Of a DNA stretch of 64,000 bases, positions 49,440 through 60,137 are shown in pieces. The DNA is from Candidatus Poribacteria bacterium. Its GTDB lineage: Bacteria > Poribacteria > WGA-4E > PCPOR2b. The DNA lies in NCBI GenBank assembly GCA_965198175.1, contig OZ240245.1:4000001-4064000 (forward strand). Direction: 5' to 3'. The notes under the pieces are model-generated. The model searched no databases. It was given only the letters and a program-made list of their open reading frames with translations, and was not told the DNA's origin. The position numbers and the translations under genes were made by a program. The stretch's first letter is position 1. Each line of letters starts with the position of its first letter.

Positions 49440-50258
49440 TCATTGTATTGACGATTGGTCTTTTGCACGCTCAAGGAAATAGAAGTGATTTGTTGGACCA
49501 TGCCCATGCCCAATATCAAGCGAATACCGGATGGCGTTTGTGATATAATCCTTCGCAGTCTGTATCGCCGTAATCAGATCTTTGCCCTGTCCGAGCTGGG
49601 TTGCAATGGCGGCGGAATACGTGCATCCTGTGCCATGCGTATTTTTTGTATTAACTCGCTCGGCTTCAAAAAGGGTAAACACGCCGTCGGCAAACAAGAC
49701 ATCCGTCGCTCGATCTTCTGCAAGGTGTCCGCCTTTTACCAGCACGCTCTGACAACCGTAACCGAGAATAACCTTCGCGGCACGCTTTGCATCGTCTATC
49801 GTGTTAATTTCACAATTTGCAAGCAGTTCAGCTTCATGGACGTTAGGTGTAATCACCGTCGCCAGCGGAATTAGCTTGCAGTATAAGCTCTCGGTCGCTT
49901 CGGGCTTAAGGAGGGGAAACTTGCTCTTCGAAAGCATGACAGGATCAATGACGAAATTTTCGGGCGTATAACGATACAATTCCTTGGCGACCATTTGCAC
50001 AATTGCCGGTGAAGACAACATCCCGGTTTTTAGCGCTGCTACGTCGAAATCTGAAAAGATGGCATCCAACTGCGCTTCGATTATATCAGTCGGCAGATCA
50101 AAGGCGCGGGTCACTTCCTGCGTGTTCTGCGCTGTGACTGAAGTGATGACGGACAGCCCGAAACCGCCATTGGCATGGATGGCTTTAAGATCTGCTTGAA
50201 TGCCCGCGCCCCCGCCTGAATCAGAGCCAGCAATTGTCAAGATTTGTTTCATCGTCAA
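49440..50258 (-). CDS. thiD: Hydroxymethylpyrimidine/phosphomethylpyrimidine kinase
   Basis: LTIAGSDSGGGAGIQADLK, TAQNT, IDPVM, THGTGCT. Confidence 0.96.
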   Translation of the reverse strand: MTMKQILTIAGSDSGGGAGIQADLKAIHANGGFGLSVITSVTAQNTQEVTRAFDLPTDIIEAQLDAIFSDFDVAALKTGMLSSPAIVQMVAKELYRYTPENFVIDPVMLSKSKFPLLKPEATESLYCKLIPLATVITPNVHEAELLANCEINTIDDAKRAAKVILGYGCQSVLVKGGHLAEDRATDVLFADGVFTLFEAERVNTKNTHGTGCTYSAAIATQLGQGKDLITAIQTAKDYITNAIRYSLDIGHGHGPTNHFYFLERAKDQSSIQ

Positions 50259-50896
50259 GAGCCCACTCTATCCTGAACACGACTGAGCTGCTGCAAATAT
50301 GCTTTTGCGTTCTGAATTCCAGTTTCAGCGGACATGACACTGGACATTACCGCAACTCCATACGCCCCAGCATCTATACACTCCAGAACTCGTTCAGGCG
50401 TCACTCCGCCCAATGCGAAAACGGGGATTTTTACGTGCTCTGCAACTTTCTGGAGGTTTTCTAAGCCAACAGCCGGTCCGTATCCAGGTTTACTTGCTGT
50501 CAGGTAGATGGGGCTATACGTTAAAAAATCCGCGCCCTCTAGTTCTCTCGCCCTCGCCTCATCGTGGCTGTGGACCGAACAACCTACGATGAGGCGGCTA
50601 TCCCATTGCTGGATGACTTCCCGAACAGGCGCTGAATCCGCCGGTAAGTGGACGCCATCTGCGCCAAGCTCCGCGGCAATTGCTATGCGCGAGTTAATGA
50701 ACAGTTGAGCGGCATAGGCACGACAAAACTTGACGATGGGTTTCCCCAAGTTGATGAAATCTACATCGCTCAGGTCTCTTTCCCGGAATTGAATTGCAGA
50801 TACTCCCACGTCCAGAAGGTCATGGACAACGTCATACAGTTGCAGCGGCGAGCAGCGCACTCTGTCGGTGATGATGTACAGCTTGAATGGGATCAC
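50255..50896 (-). CDS. Thiamine phosphate synthase / TenI family protein
   Basis: LYIITD, QFRERD, GADGVHL, GCSVHS, TASKP, ALGG; overlaps thiD. Confidence 0.85.
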   Translation of the reverse strand: MIPFKLYIITDRVRCSPLQLYDVVHDLLDVGVSAIQFRERDLSDVDFINLGKPIVKFCRAYAAQLFINSRIAIAAELGADGVHLPADSAPVREVIQQWDSRLIVGCSVHSHDEARARELEGADFLTYSPIYLTASKPGYGPAVGLENLQKVAEHVKIPVFALGGVTPERVLECIDAGAYGVAVMSSVMSAETGIQNAKAYLQQLSRVQDRVGS

Positions 50897-50910
50897 TTCT
50901 CAAACCTGCT

Positions 50911-51936
50911 CTAAAGCTGACTCCAATCGAATACAACTCCTAGATAGGTATCCTTCCGTTCGTACAGGCCTAAGTAGGCATCTTGGCACGCTTTGGGCGA
51001 AAGCAGGTGCGTCAACAACGGCTCCGTCTTGAGGTCATCCGATGCAATCCAACCGAGAATTTGCTGATAGTTCCGCGTGATATTGTGCCTTGAAACATCG
51101 GTTTCAGAGATTGAATAAAGCCATTCGAGCGCGCCTATCATCCGAATGCCCTGTAAGTGAATCCGACTCAACATCGGAGTGACATCCATTGAGACGCGCG
51201 CGCGCGGGCTTCCCAGCAGGATGACCTCTCCCTTTCGGCGAGTCATCTGAACTGCCTGCGCAACGAGTTCTGACTTGCCTATGGCTTCAACACAGACATC
51301 TGCGCCGCAGCCATCCGTCCAATCCATCACGGCTTGTTCGGTTTGAGTAGTACCGGGGTTGATTGCGTTCGCAATTCCGCACTGTCTAGCAACCTGTATC
51401 CGAAAGTCTGACAGATCGACTCCCATTACTTCTGCTCCGGCAAGCCTGAAAAGTTGCGCCGCGAAATTTCCCACTAGACCGAGTCCGGTGACGAGCACTT
51501 TGTCCCCCGGTGAAACGGAAGTTGAACGCAACGCCGTAATTGCTACTCCTGCCATTCGTGTGAAAACGGATTTTTTCCCATCAAGCTCGGAAGGCGCTTT
51601 AAGGCAAAACCGCTGTGCGTCCACTTTGACATGGGAGGCATGGTTGGAGAAACTCAAGACGCGATCTCCCACACGAAGGTCACCGCATTTTTCGCCCAAC
51701 GCGATAATCTCCCCGTAGTTACCATACCCCGTTTGCATTGGATAGGTAAAGGGATAATTGCCTAGACCAGGATGTTCTGCCTCTAGACCGGAATAGTGCG
51801 ATCCTTCTGTACCGGCACTGATGATGGAATACACGGTTCTTACGAGAACCTGACCGTTACCAAGCTCCTCATCGAGTTCGAAAGGTTCCAAAACCGCCTG
51901 TAACAGCGCTGTGAACGTTACTCTGTATCCCTGCAT
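50911..51936 (-). CDS. MDR (zinc-binding alcohol dehydrogenase-like) oxidoreductase
   Basis: SIISAGTE, TGYGNYG, GLGLVG; ATG at 51936 preceded by GGAG. Confidence 0.88.
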   Translation of the reverse strand: MQGYRVTFTALLQAVLEPFELDEELGNGQVLVRTVYSIISAGTEGSHYSGLEAEHPGLGNYPFTYPMQTGYGNYGEIIALGEKCGDLRVGDRVLSFSNHASHVKVDAQRFCLKAPSELDGKKSVFTRMAGVAITALRSTSVSPGDKVLVTGLGLVGNFAAQLFRLAGAEVMGVDLSDFRIQVARQCGIANAINPGTTQTEQAVMDWTDGCGADVCVEAIGKSELVAQAVQMTRRKGEVILLGSPRARVSMDVTPMLSRIHLQGIRMIGALEWLYSISETDVSRHNITRNYQQILGWIASDDLKTEPLLTHLLSPKACQDAYLGLYERKDTYLGVVFDWSQL

Positions 51937-51955
51937 GTAAGGCTCCATAGTGGAT

Positions 51956-52963
51956 TCAACCTTTGAAAGGCAGAAAAACCTGCGAACTTTCAACAAGCCA
52001 AAATTCGCCGCTGCTGGTGTCTGCGAGCATTTTTAACAATACCGCACCGGGGAAATCTTCAGCCATTTCGGTTGCCATTGCAAATATTTTTGTCTTGCCA
52101 GCAATATGTTTCTCGACTGCCTTCACTTCCGGAAAGCCCGAGGTCAAAATGCCGTCACTGAACAGAACGATGATGGTCGGTTGCCCCTTTCTTGCCTCCT
52201 GAAGTGCCTCGAATATGTCCTTGTCAACATAATGTGAGCTTTTCTCGGGTTTCGCGGCATTGAGGTACGCGACCGCGCTGGAGATATTGTCATCATTGAC
52301 AGGTAAGAAATTGGGTTGATAAAATTCGACTTCACTACTGAACGTCATGATGTTAAACTGATCATGCGGCTCAAGAAATGGCAGCGAATCCTGCAAAATG
52401 GCAATGATCTTCTGTAGTTTTCGCGGGTTTAGACCAAGCATGCTCGATGAGAGATCCACACAGTAGACGATTTGTTGAGGATACGGCTGCTTCTCGATAA
52501 ATTTCACCAAGCGACTTTTCGGGCGTTCTTCCTCGACTGGCTCCGTCTTTACAGGAGTTTTCACCATTTCGTGCAGGCGTGGCGCAATTCTCACGGTGTT
52601 GGTTGTTAAGTTGTCGCCGCTGAAATCTAGCGAGCCAAGGTCGCCTAACTTTGTGGGCGCAGCCGCGGAAACAATCCCTCGCTGAGTCACCGGGGCGTTA
52701 CTTGTCAGGATTTTCAAGTTTGGTTGGTTCGTTGTGAGATTTGTCTCGGTGACTTTCTGTATCCGAGCCCTTTTGCGTCGATTCATCCGTTTTATCCTCG
52801 GCTTTTCGACCTTCATCAGTACAGCGGTCACTGCCCCTTCATCCAACGACAGTTCAGCGGTGGACCAGAAAAAGAACCCAACCATGCCGGCGATGATATG
52901 TAAAATAACTGAAACGGCAAACGCTTTGCCTGATTTGTGTTTTGATTTCATGTGGTGATTCAC
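51956..52963 (-). CDS. Membrane-anchored vWA domain protein
   Basis: N-terminal TM AFAVSVILH; MIDAS-like VDLSSSM; FNIMTFS; LFSDG. Confidence 0.85.
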   Translation of the reverse strand: MNHHMKSKHKSGKAFAVSVILHIIAGMVGFFFWSTAELSLDEGAVTAVLMKVEKPRIKRMNRRKRARIQKVTETNLTTNQPNLKILTSNAPVTQRGIVSAAAPTKLGDLGSLDFSGDNLTTNTVRIAPRLHEMVKTPVKTEPVEEERPKSRLVKFIEKQPYPQQIVYCVDLSSSMLGLNPRKLQKIIAILQDSLPFLEPHDQFNIMTFSSEVEFYQPNFLPVNDDNISSAVAYLNAAKPEKSSHYVDKDIFEALQEARKGQPTIIVLFSDGILTSGFPEVKAVEKHIAGKTKIFAMATEMAEDFPGAVLLKMLADTSSGEFWLVESSQVFLPFKG

Positions 52964-53142
52964 ATTTGGGATGAACAGTGACTAGTGATTTACTGACCAC
53001 TGACCGCTGGCAACTGCTGTTATGTTTGATAGCAAATTGCTAGTGTGGCTTTTTTCGTTGATTTGGGCGGTGGATTCGAGTATAATCGTGATTGCTCTTA
53101 CGTATTATAAACCTTTTCACATGTATGAAACAAGGAGAAAAG

Positions 53143-54201
53143 ATGATGGGGCGAACAGGCAGAGCAGTTATTGCACAAGGACAAGATTTCGAGGTTCGCG
53201 AGTATCCCGTGCCAGATCCGGAACCGGACACAGTTCTACTGCGTCAGGAATTGGCGGGCATCTGTGGGACAGACCTGCACAACTGGCAGAAAGGGTTCGA
53301 CGAAGAAGTCTTACTGGGGCATGAGAATGTAGGAATAGTCGAGGCGATTGGGAAGGGCATTAAGGCAGACTACGTCGGCAATCCCATCCGCGAAGGCGAT
53401 CGCGTCATATTCGCACCGGGAACGGACTACGGCGGGTACGGTTTCCAATATAATCCCGATAAGCCCCCGCATTTTCGCGGCGGGTTCGCCGATTACATTT
53501 ACCTCTGTTTTCCGCGTACCTGTTTCATCAAAACAGACGTCCTAGCGGAAGTAGCTGTGATGACGGAGCCATTCACCATCGGCGTACATGCCGTGATGCG
53601 CGCCAACCTGCAGATTGGCGATACGGTTGTGGTTCAGGGTTCTGGCGCGATTGGATTGGTGACGTTGGTGTGTGCAAAGGTTAGCGGTGCTGCGAAGCTG
53701 ATTATGGTTGGTGGTCCCGCAGAACGACTTGAACTTGCCAGTCGGATGGGCGCTGATGTAACTGTTGACATCGAGAAGGTAACGTCCGTAGCGGAGCGTA
53801 CCGAGCTAGTCAAATCGCATACCCCCAAAAACGCAGGCGCAGATGTTGTCTTTGAGTGTGCGGGGTTTCTACCAGCCATTCCTGAAGGATTGGGCTACGT
53901 TAAGCACAGCGGCACGTTTTGTGAAGTTGGGCACTTTGTTGATATCGGCTCGATTGACTTCAATCCGAACCAATTGCTGATGGTCAATAATGTCCGCTTG
54001 GAGGCGATCTGGGGCAGCAGAGATGAGCATTTTGTGCGTGGGCTCCCGATTCTCGAGAAAAACGAGTTCCCTTTCGCTGACATGGTGAGTCATAAACTAC
54101 CGCTTTCCCGTGTCCGTGAGGGTTTTGATGCGCTGGACGGAAAGTATAGGCTAGGAGATGAAACGGTCATAAAGATCGCTGTCCACGCTCAAGCGGAGTA
54201 A
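53143..54201 (+). CDS. Zinc-dependent alcohol dehydrogenase family protein
   Basis: GICGTD, LGHE, GSGAIG; AAGGAG RBS. Confidence 0.92.
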   Translation: MMGRTGRAVIAQGQDFEVREYPVPDPEPDTVLLRQELAGICGTDLHNWQKGFDEEVLLGHENVGIVEAIGKGIKADYVGNPIREGDRVIFAPGTDYGGYGFQYNPDKPPHFRGGFADYIYLCFPRTCFIKTDVLAEVAVMTEPFTIGVHAVMRANLQIGDTVVVQGSGAIGLVTLVCAKVSGAAKLIMVGGPAERLELASRMGADVTVDIEKVTSVAERTELVKSHTPKNAGADVVFECAGFLPAIPEGLGYVKHSGTFCEVGHFVDIGSIDFNPNQLLMVNNVRLEAIWGSRDEHFVRGLPILEKNEFPFADMVSHKLPLSRVREGFDALDGKYRLGDETVIKIAVHAQAE

Positions 54202-54340
54202 TTAAGCTGTGGTTATTGACACAGGGGTAGGCGTGTGTCCGATATGGTTTGAACTTTGCTGATGCCGCTTGTCCTATTAGCGTATTTCAGCGTTGTGTAG
54301 TCACGTTTGTAATGCCTCAATACTTAGTTTAACAGCGTCA

Positions 54341-55336
54341 TTAACTGTCAGGACTTAGGGGCCGCGACATCTCTGTGCGCCCTTCTATTCTTTCAACAAT
54401 AGCACTCGCCAGAAGAGGAATCATGATTTCGTGGTGTCCGGTAAAGGTATACCCCTTTCCGCCGATGTTTGTCGGGCGTTTGACGACGTTTTCTAATGGG
54501 CGATACTGCTGAATCATGTCGAAATCCGCAGTGGTGAAATGGGTAACCTGATTTCCTAGATTGCGCGCAATTGTTAAAGTCTTGAGAAAGACCTCCGGCA
54601 ATATCACCGCAGAACCGAGGTTCAGGACCACACCGCCATCCCCAAGTTCCGAGACGACTGCGGTGAGTATACGAAAATCGGTGAAGCTGGTCTCCCCGAT
54701 TGTTGAGCCATTTGCCAATGGGTGTTGATGAACAATGTCCGTCCCAATTGCAACATGCACTGTAATGGGAATGCCGAGTCGGCAACCAGCGATGAGAAGG
54801 CTCTTATCCTGATATGGAGCATCCAGTTGGATCAATTTTCTTCCCAGCCCTTCTCCCATGCCGATGCCTTTGGCGGATGCGTCGCAGATGGCTTCATTCA
54901 TAAAACGCCCCGTTTCTTCGACCATGCCAAACTGTCCGGTCTGAAGGTATTCACCGACATCTTCGGAGGTTTCACCGATGAGGGCGATTTCAAAATCGTG
55001 GATGCTAGTTGCGCCGTTGAATACAAGGGCAGTGATGACACCGCGCTCCATCAGATCGATTAGAACTGTGCTCAACCCACACTTGACCACATGCCCACCC
55101 GCCATGACGATGATTGGCTTTTGCCGCTGATAGGCTACAGCGATTAGATCCACTAGTTCCAGGAGATCCGTTGCTTTAAGGATTTTGGGCAAGCATGATA
55201 AATATTCCCCTATCCCCGTGTGCGATGAAAGGGGAGCAGCAAAATCGCGGACTGACACTTTGTTGATTCGATCGCGAATCGGATAGGTCTTCACGTTGAC
55301 CAGATTAACAGGTTTCCAATTCCTATTCTTTTTCAT
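54341..55336 (-). CDS. Conserved hypothetical protein, deoxyhypusine-synthase-like fold
   Basis: GGHVVKCG, NGATSIHDFE, HVAIGTDIVH, GSAVILPEVFLK, GHHEIMIPLL. Confidence 0.7.
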   Translation of the reverse strand: MKKNRNWKPVNLVNVKTYPIRDRINKVSVRDFAAPLSSHTGIGEYLSCLPKILKATDLLELVDLIAVAYQRQKPIIVMAGGHVVKCGLSTVLIDLMERGVITALVFNGATSIHDFEIALIGETSEDVGEYLQTGQFGMVEETGRFMNEAICDASAKGIGMGEGLGRKLIQLDAPYQDKSLLIAGCRLGIPITVHVAIGTDIVHQHPLANGSTIGETSFTDFRILTAVVSELGDGGVVLNLGSAVILPEVFLKTLTIARNLGNQVTHFTTADFDMIQQYRPLENVVKRPTNIGGKGYTFTGHHEIMIPLLASAIVERIEGRTEMSRPLSPDS

Positions 55337-55411
55337 TGAGAATCAGGGGCGAGTGTGACGGTTCATTTTTCCAAAGCTCTGTTTTCCTAATCCAAAATGC
55401 CTCGCCAAGCT

Positions 55412-56161
55412 TTAATGTTTCCCCGTCAGCGGAACAAACCGGACGGGCATCATCTGTTTGGTTACGATAGAACCATCGGCTTCTTTTCTCACGAGCATCA
55501 GGGCTTGTACCTGAAATCGCCCACCGACCGGGATGCACATTATCCCTCCAGGCTTGAGTTGACGTACCAACGGCGGCGGAATGTGGTCCGCGGCGGCAGT
55601 GACGATAATGGTGTCGAATGGCGCATGTTTTTCCCACCCGTAGTAGCCATCTCCAATCTTTACCGTCATGTTTTTGTACCCAAGGCGCTCGAGCCGAATC
55701 TTAGCTTGTTGACCCAATTTTTTAATAATCTCAATTGTATAAACGTGATCAACCAACTTGCTTAAAACCGCCGCTTGATACCCTGACCCTGTGCCAACTT
55801 CGAGCACTTTGTGCTCCTTCTTGGGTTTCAGAAGTTCGGTCATATATGCGACAATGTACGGCTGTGAGATTGTCTGATCGTATCCGATCGGCAATGGTTG
55901 ATCTGAGTAGGCGCGGGGTTTGTCCACGTCACGGACAAATTCATGGCGAGGCACACGCCGTATGGCTTCTAAAACCCGATCGTCTTTCACGCCAATCCGA
56001 CCGTCCCTGACACCTCGCTGGTCGATTTGTGTCGCTACCATATTGTCGCGCTTGGCTTTGTAATATGCATCATCGCGAGCGCCCATGCCGAGTTGCGGCA
56101 TAACAGCGAATAGGGAACACCCAAGCAGTAACATTATGTAGTTCCCAGACCTCGGTTTCAT
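55412..56161 (-). CDS. pcm: Protein-L-isoaspartate O-methyltransferase with N-terminal signal-like extension
   Basis: VPRHEFV, QTISQPYIVA, VLEVGTGSGYQAA, GDGYYGW..APFD, VRFVPL. Confidence 0.95.
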   Translation of the reverse strand: MKPRSGNYIMLLLGCSLFAVMPQLGMGARDDAYYKAKRDNMVATQIDQRGVRDGRIGVKDDRVLEAIRRVPRHEFVRDVDKPRAYSDQPLPIGYDQTISQPYIVAYMTELLKPKKEHKVLEVGTGSGYQAAVLSKLVDHVYTIEIIKKLGQQAKIRLERLGYKNMTVKIGDGYYGWEKHAPFDTIIVTAAADHIPPPLVRQLKPGGIMCIPVGGRFQVQALMLVRKEADGSIVTKQMMPVRFVPLTGKH

Positions 56162-56344
56162 GTCATCCCTCTTTATTTTCTGATTGAAGCGATTTGGATA
56201 GTTGTATTTAATCTAAAAAACTGTGTGAAATCCCGTGCAGCAGCGAGTACATTTTGCCTAACAGAACGTGATTGGGAATCGATATAAACCAGACCAAAGT
56301 ATCCTTGTTAGCCTATTAAGAAGTTGCAATCTCACAAAAAGCGC

Positions 56345-56715
56345 TTGAGTTGGGAATAAGCCGGGTTCTGTTCCCTGATTTGCTTTCGCGCGTCGGGGCG
56401 ATGGTCATTCATCTGGGATTGATGTTTCCATCAACCTCATGCGGCTCACCCGAGGACTAGGCGGGCGCACCCATATACGTCCTCCTATTTGGCCTTGCTC
56501 CAGGTGGGGTTTACCTAGCTCCCGATGTCGCCACCGGGACTGGTGCGCTTTTACCGCACCGTTTCACCTGTACAACGCATAACGCGTTGTAGTCTACTCT
56601 CTGTTGCACTTTCCATAGCGTCGCCGCTCCTGGGAGTTACCCAGCACCTCGCCCTGTGGAGCCCGGACTTTCCTCATTCCGAGTTGTTCGGAACGCGATC
56701 ATCTACCCAACTCAA
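56345..56715 (-). ncRNA. rnpB: RNase P RNA (type A)
   Basis: GAGGAAAGTCC near the 5' end; AACAGAACCCGGCTTAT near the 3' end; P1 helix GCTTGAGTTGGG/CCCAACTCAAGC. Confidence 0.97.
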
Positions 56716-56724
56716 GCTGCCTAA

Positions 56725-56753
56725 ATAATAACATATCGCTTTGTATACGTCAA
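56725..56753 (-). promoter_or_regulatory. Sigma70 promoter of rnpB
   Basis: TTGACG-N17-TATTAT immediately upstream of the P1 5' strand. Confidence 0.7.
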
Positions 56754-56927
56754 CTAGCGGACAGGCAATCGGCAGAGTCGTACCGATTGAGGGGTTTGTC
56801 TCCTTGTGTCCGCACCGCATTGTTACGCCAAACGGCATGATGGCGGCGATTGGTTCATCACGAGACAGCATAATCCGTCTTAATTTGGTGATGCAGCAAT
56901 CGATCAGGAACCGAGCAACATCTTGGT

Positions 56928-58025
56928 CTATTTCTTCTTTATTTTACGATTCAACGGTTGAATTTCCACCCCATATCGCAGCTCTGCGACGGATGCGAAA
57001 CGTTTGGAGAGATCGATGACAAGATAGGTCGGTGCGCCCGGCGAGGCACCGTAACCGGTTGTGAAAACAAGCTGACGTTTTCCCAACCTCGCCACGCCAT
57101 CTTTGATATTTGTCTTTGGAAGATACCCCAGCGGTGTATGCCCAACGATTAACAAGCTACCGCCGATTTGTTCAAGGAAGGTGTCCGTTTCTGCAGGTGT
57201 GTATCCGCCAGCCTGTGCAACAACAGGGCGACCCCAAAGCAATTCTCCAAGTATCTTTGAACTTGGTTGTGCGAGACTAGAGAGACATTTAGCGGAACCT
57301 GAAGTACCAGCGTGAACGCCAACGAAACCGTTTTTCCCGATGGCAACGGTTGGGAGGTCGAGTAAGTAATTATACTGTTTATCCGTCATCCGTTCGATAA
57401 AATTGAATTGCTGGAAATAGCCGCCTTGTGGACTGCGATAAAGCGCATCAATTAGTTGCTCTCGGTTGGCTGAGTTCATCCCCCCTTTCTTGAGCATCGC
57501 ATAAGTATTCGCGGCTTCGAACTCGTGGTTTCCCTTGAGGTAAATCAACCGTTCCCCTAATGCTCCGAGTTGTTTCTGGAGTTGCATCAGTCTGTCAACA
57601 ATCCTTGTGTCACCGTACGGTTCAACAATCGAATCGCCCGGCTTGTGATCGACAACATCACCGAGGATTAGTCCGTAGACATCCGCCCCTGATTCAATCT
57701 GCGCGATCAACTTAGTTCGGTCAAGCCACTGATTAAAGTCACGCCAATGCGCATGAAAATCGGTCGCAACGTACACCATTCCGTGATCTGGGAGGATTAT
57801 CAATTCACCATCCCGCACCAGTTGATTGGGGTAATCGGCAAGCTCCTTTGAACCTTGAGACGGTCGGGACACGTTCGGTTCTGCAGCTTTGCTAGAAGCG
57901 CTCAACCCCATCCCCAACAAACAGCAGAAACACAGTAACATGTAAAGTGCCGAATGTGAAGCGTGGAATATAAAAGAGCGGGATGGTACTGATTGATCCA
58001 TCGGTGTTGCGAAACGTTGATTCAT
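56928..58025 (-). CDS. Calcineurin-like metallophosphoesterase, probably exported
   Basis: DFH, GDVVD, GNHE, VHAG and GHT motifs; hydrophobic signal-like segment; start uncertain. Confidence 0.88.
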   Translation of the reverse strand: MNQRFATPMDQSVPSRSFIFHASHSALYMLLCFCCLLGMGLSASSKAAEPNVSRPSQGSKELADYPNQLVRDGELIILPDHGMVYVATDFHAHWRDFNQWLDRTKLIAQIESGADVYGLILGDVVDHKPGDSIVEPYGDTRIVDRLMQLQKQLGALGERLIYLKGNHEFEAANTYAMLKKGGMNSANREQLIDALYRSPQGGYFQQFNFIERMTDKQYNYLLDLPTVAIGKNGFVGVHAGTSGSAKCLSSLAQPSSKILGELLWGRPVVAQAGGYTPAETDTFLEQIGGSLLIVGHTPLGYLPKTNIKDGVARLGKRQLVFTTGYGASPGAPTYLVIDLSKRFASVAELRYGVEIQPLNRKIKKK

Positions 58026-58412
58026 TGATTTACCTAATTTTTCCCTATTAAATCAGAATTCAGCCTACGCATTACGTATCGTGCTTTACATCTTGCATTT
58101 TCCAGGTTGAGTGTGGAGAAGCAGAGCCAAATTCAGGCGAATAGGGTGAAACGAAGCGCTGCGGTTTTCATCGGTTTATTCTCCTTCGCGCGCGCCGATT
58201 GAATCGGGAATAAGCAATTCGGCACGATTGGTAACTCAACGTAATGCAACCCATTTGTACTTGATACCGACGCGTCCCAGCCAATTATAACTCAGGAAGC
58301 TGCCTTAATCAACAAGTTCGATACGCATTTGGAAAGATGGTCGATGTCCCCGTTTCGCAAACCGATGTTATGCACGATGCGCGGGCGTTTTCGCTTTATC
58401 CCCTGTTATCTC

Positions 58413-58441
58413 TTGACATTCCGCTTCGCCTAACGTATTCT
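58413..58441 (+). promoter_or_regulatory. Sigma70-type promoter
   Basis: TTGACA-N17-TATTCT, about 125 nt upstream of 58568. Confidence 0.65.
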
Positions 58442-58567
58442 AAATCGAAAACCAAGATCCACTGCTCACACGCCGATAGGATATGTTATGAAAACAAGCC
58501 GCTTCAAATTTCAACTCAGTTTCGCGCTTCAGATTTTCCGAGAGGTTAGGCGGAGAAAGGGGAACAC

Positions 58568-59848
58568 ATGAAAGTTGTTGATGTCGAACGCACTGTTGTT
58601 CATGTGCCGTTTACGCCTCGGCAGAGCCAAATTACCATCGAGAGCGTATCAACGGTATATAACTGGTCTATTCTGGAGTTGTGTAAAGTAACCACCGATA
58701 CCGGACACGTTGGATGGGGCGAGACAGTGATTCATTACACCTATGGACGCCCCACTGACGAGAGTATACAGCGTGTCTTGGGCGAAAGCCCCGCCAAACT
58801 AATGAACGACGATTCGCTGGGTGCAGGTTTGCAGATGGCACTCTTCGATGTCGTAGGCAAAATCTTGGGTGTGCCGGTCTACGAATTGCTTGGGACGAAG
58901 GTTAGCGATACGGCGCCAATTTCGTGGTGGTCAATTGACGCCTCACCGCAAAATTGGGCGGCTGAAGCCAAGGATGCTGTGGAGAGCGGTTATACCAGCT
59001 TCAAGAACAAGCCGCGTCCGTGGTGGGATATTGTCGATCAGGTTGATGCGATTTCCAAGGTTGTCCCGGCGGATTTCAAACTCGATCTAGATCCAAACAG
59101 CTCCTTCCGCGATTCAGCAACCGCCATTCCTATCATGGAGAAGTTGGCTAAATACGAAAACGTGGCGATGTTTGAATCACCAATACCGCAGGACAATGTA
59201 GCGGACAATAAGCGGATTCGTGAGGCGATAGACCGCCCGATCGCGATGCACTTCGGCTCGCCGCCCTACACCGTCAACATCCGTGAGTCTGTGTGCGACG
59301 GGTACGTCATCAGCGGCGGAAAATCCACCGTCGTGCGACAAGGGTTGTTGAGCGCAGAGGCAGACTTGCCTTTCTGGTTGCAGATTGTGGGAAACGGATT
59401 GACGACAACCTGGGCGGGCCATCTGGGCGCAGTACTCACCCACGCTACTTGGCCCGCGATTACCTGCCTAAACCTTTACAGTCATCACTTGCTGACGAAG
59501 CCAATCGAAGTTGTAGAGGGAGTCCACAGAGTTCCGAACGCTCCTGGCTTAGGTGTTGAAGTTGATGAAGATGCTGTCGAAAAGTACCGCGTACCCGACG
59601 AAAAGCGCGACGTGGAGGGGCTTTATATACATCCGGAACCGCGGATTATCAAGACTGCGGTATATCCTGATGGCAGTTGTATCCATATGGAGGGCGATCG
59701 CCTCAACTATTTCAATAACGGCGAGGGAGAAGCCCAAGTAGAAGGTGCGCGTTTGGAAGTGTGGTACGACAATGGTTCAAGTGAGTGGGCGGATCTGTTC
59801 CACCGAGTCCAGAAGAATCCAGAACCAGACCGTTGGCAGGGGCGTTAA
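58568..59848 (+). CDS. Mandelate racemase/muconate-lactonizing enzyme family (enolase superfamily)
   Basis: GHVGWGE, MALFDVVGK..PVYELLG, FKNK, LDPN, FESP, PNAPGLGVEVD. Confidence 0.92.
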   Translation: MKVVDVERTVVHVPFTPRQSQITIESVSTVYNWSILELCKVTTDTGHVGWGETVIHYTYGRPTDESIQRVLGESPAKLMNDDSLGAGLQMALFDVVGKILGVPVYELLGTKVSDTAPISWWSIDASPQNWAAEAKDAVESGYTSFKNKPRPWWDIVDQVDAISKVVPADFKLDLDPNSSFRDSATAIPIMEKLAKYENVAMFESPIPQDNVADNKRIREAIDRPIAMHFGSPPYTVNIRESVCDGYVISGGKSTVVRQGLLSAEADLPFWLQIVGNGLTTTWAGHLGAVLTHATWPAITCLNLYSHHLLTKPIEVVEGVHRVPNAPGLGVEVDEDAVEKYRVPDEKRDVEGLYIHPEPRIIKTAVYPDGSCIHMEGDRLNYFNNGEGEAQVEGARLEVWYDNGSSEWADLFHRVQKNPEPDRWQGR

Positions 59849-60137
59849 GTTAAACGGAAAATCGATTACATGGTCTGTCTAATTGTGTTACGGTGCGTTA
59901 ACCATCGCGTGGACAAATTCAGTTTAAACTCTCATCCCTCCCAAACGTCTATATTGATAACCGCAGTTCAACCAGTCGAGATTAGCAGTTCACACCGATG
60001 AAGGCGCATGTTCTAAGCACCATCCCACCTGAAAGCTCGAATTCAAAGAATTCGCATCTGCAGAAAATCCGTGGTTGGATTCTCGCACTAACTTGGCACG
60101 GTTAGCCAAATCACAAAAACACAATGAGGTGCAAATA

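Noticed and set aside
56525..56871. Short ORFs overlapping 56345-56715
   Set aside because: They overlap the RNase P RNA gene.
60093..60109. Sigma54 promoter TTGGCACG upstream of the VIT gene
   Set aside because: GG-to-GC spacing is 8, not 10; it is only a short ttggc-N7-gccaa palindrome.
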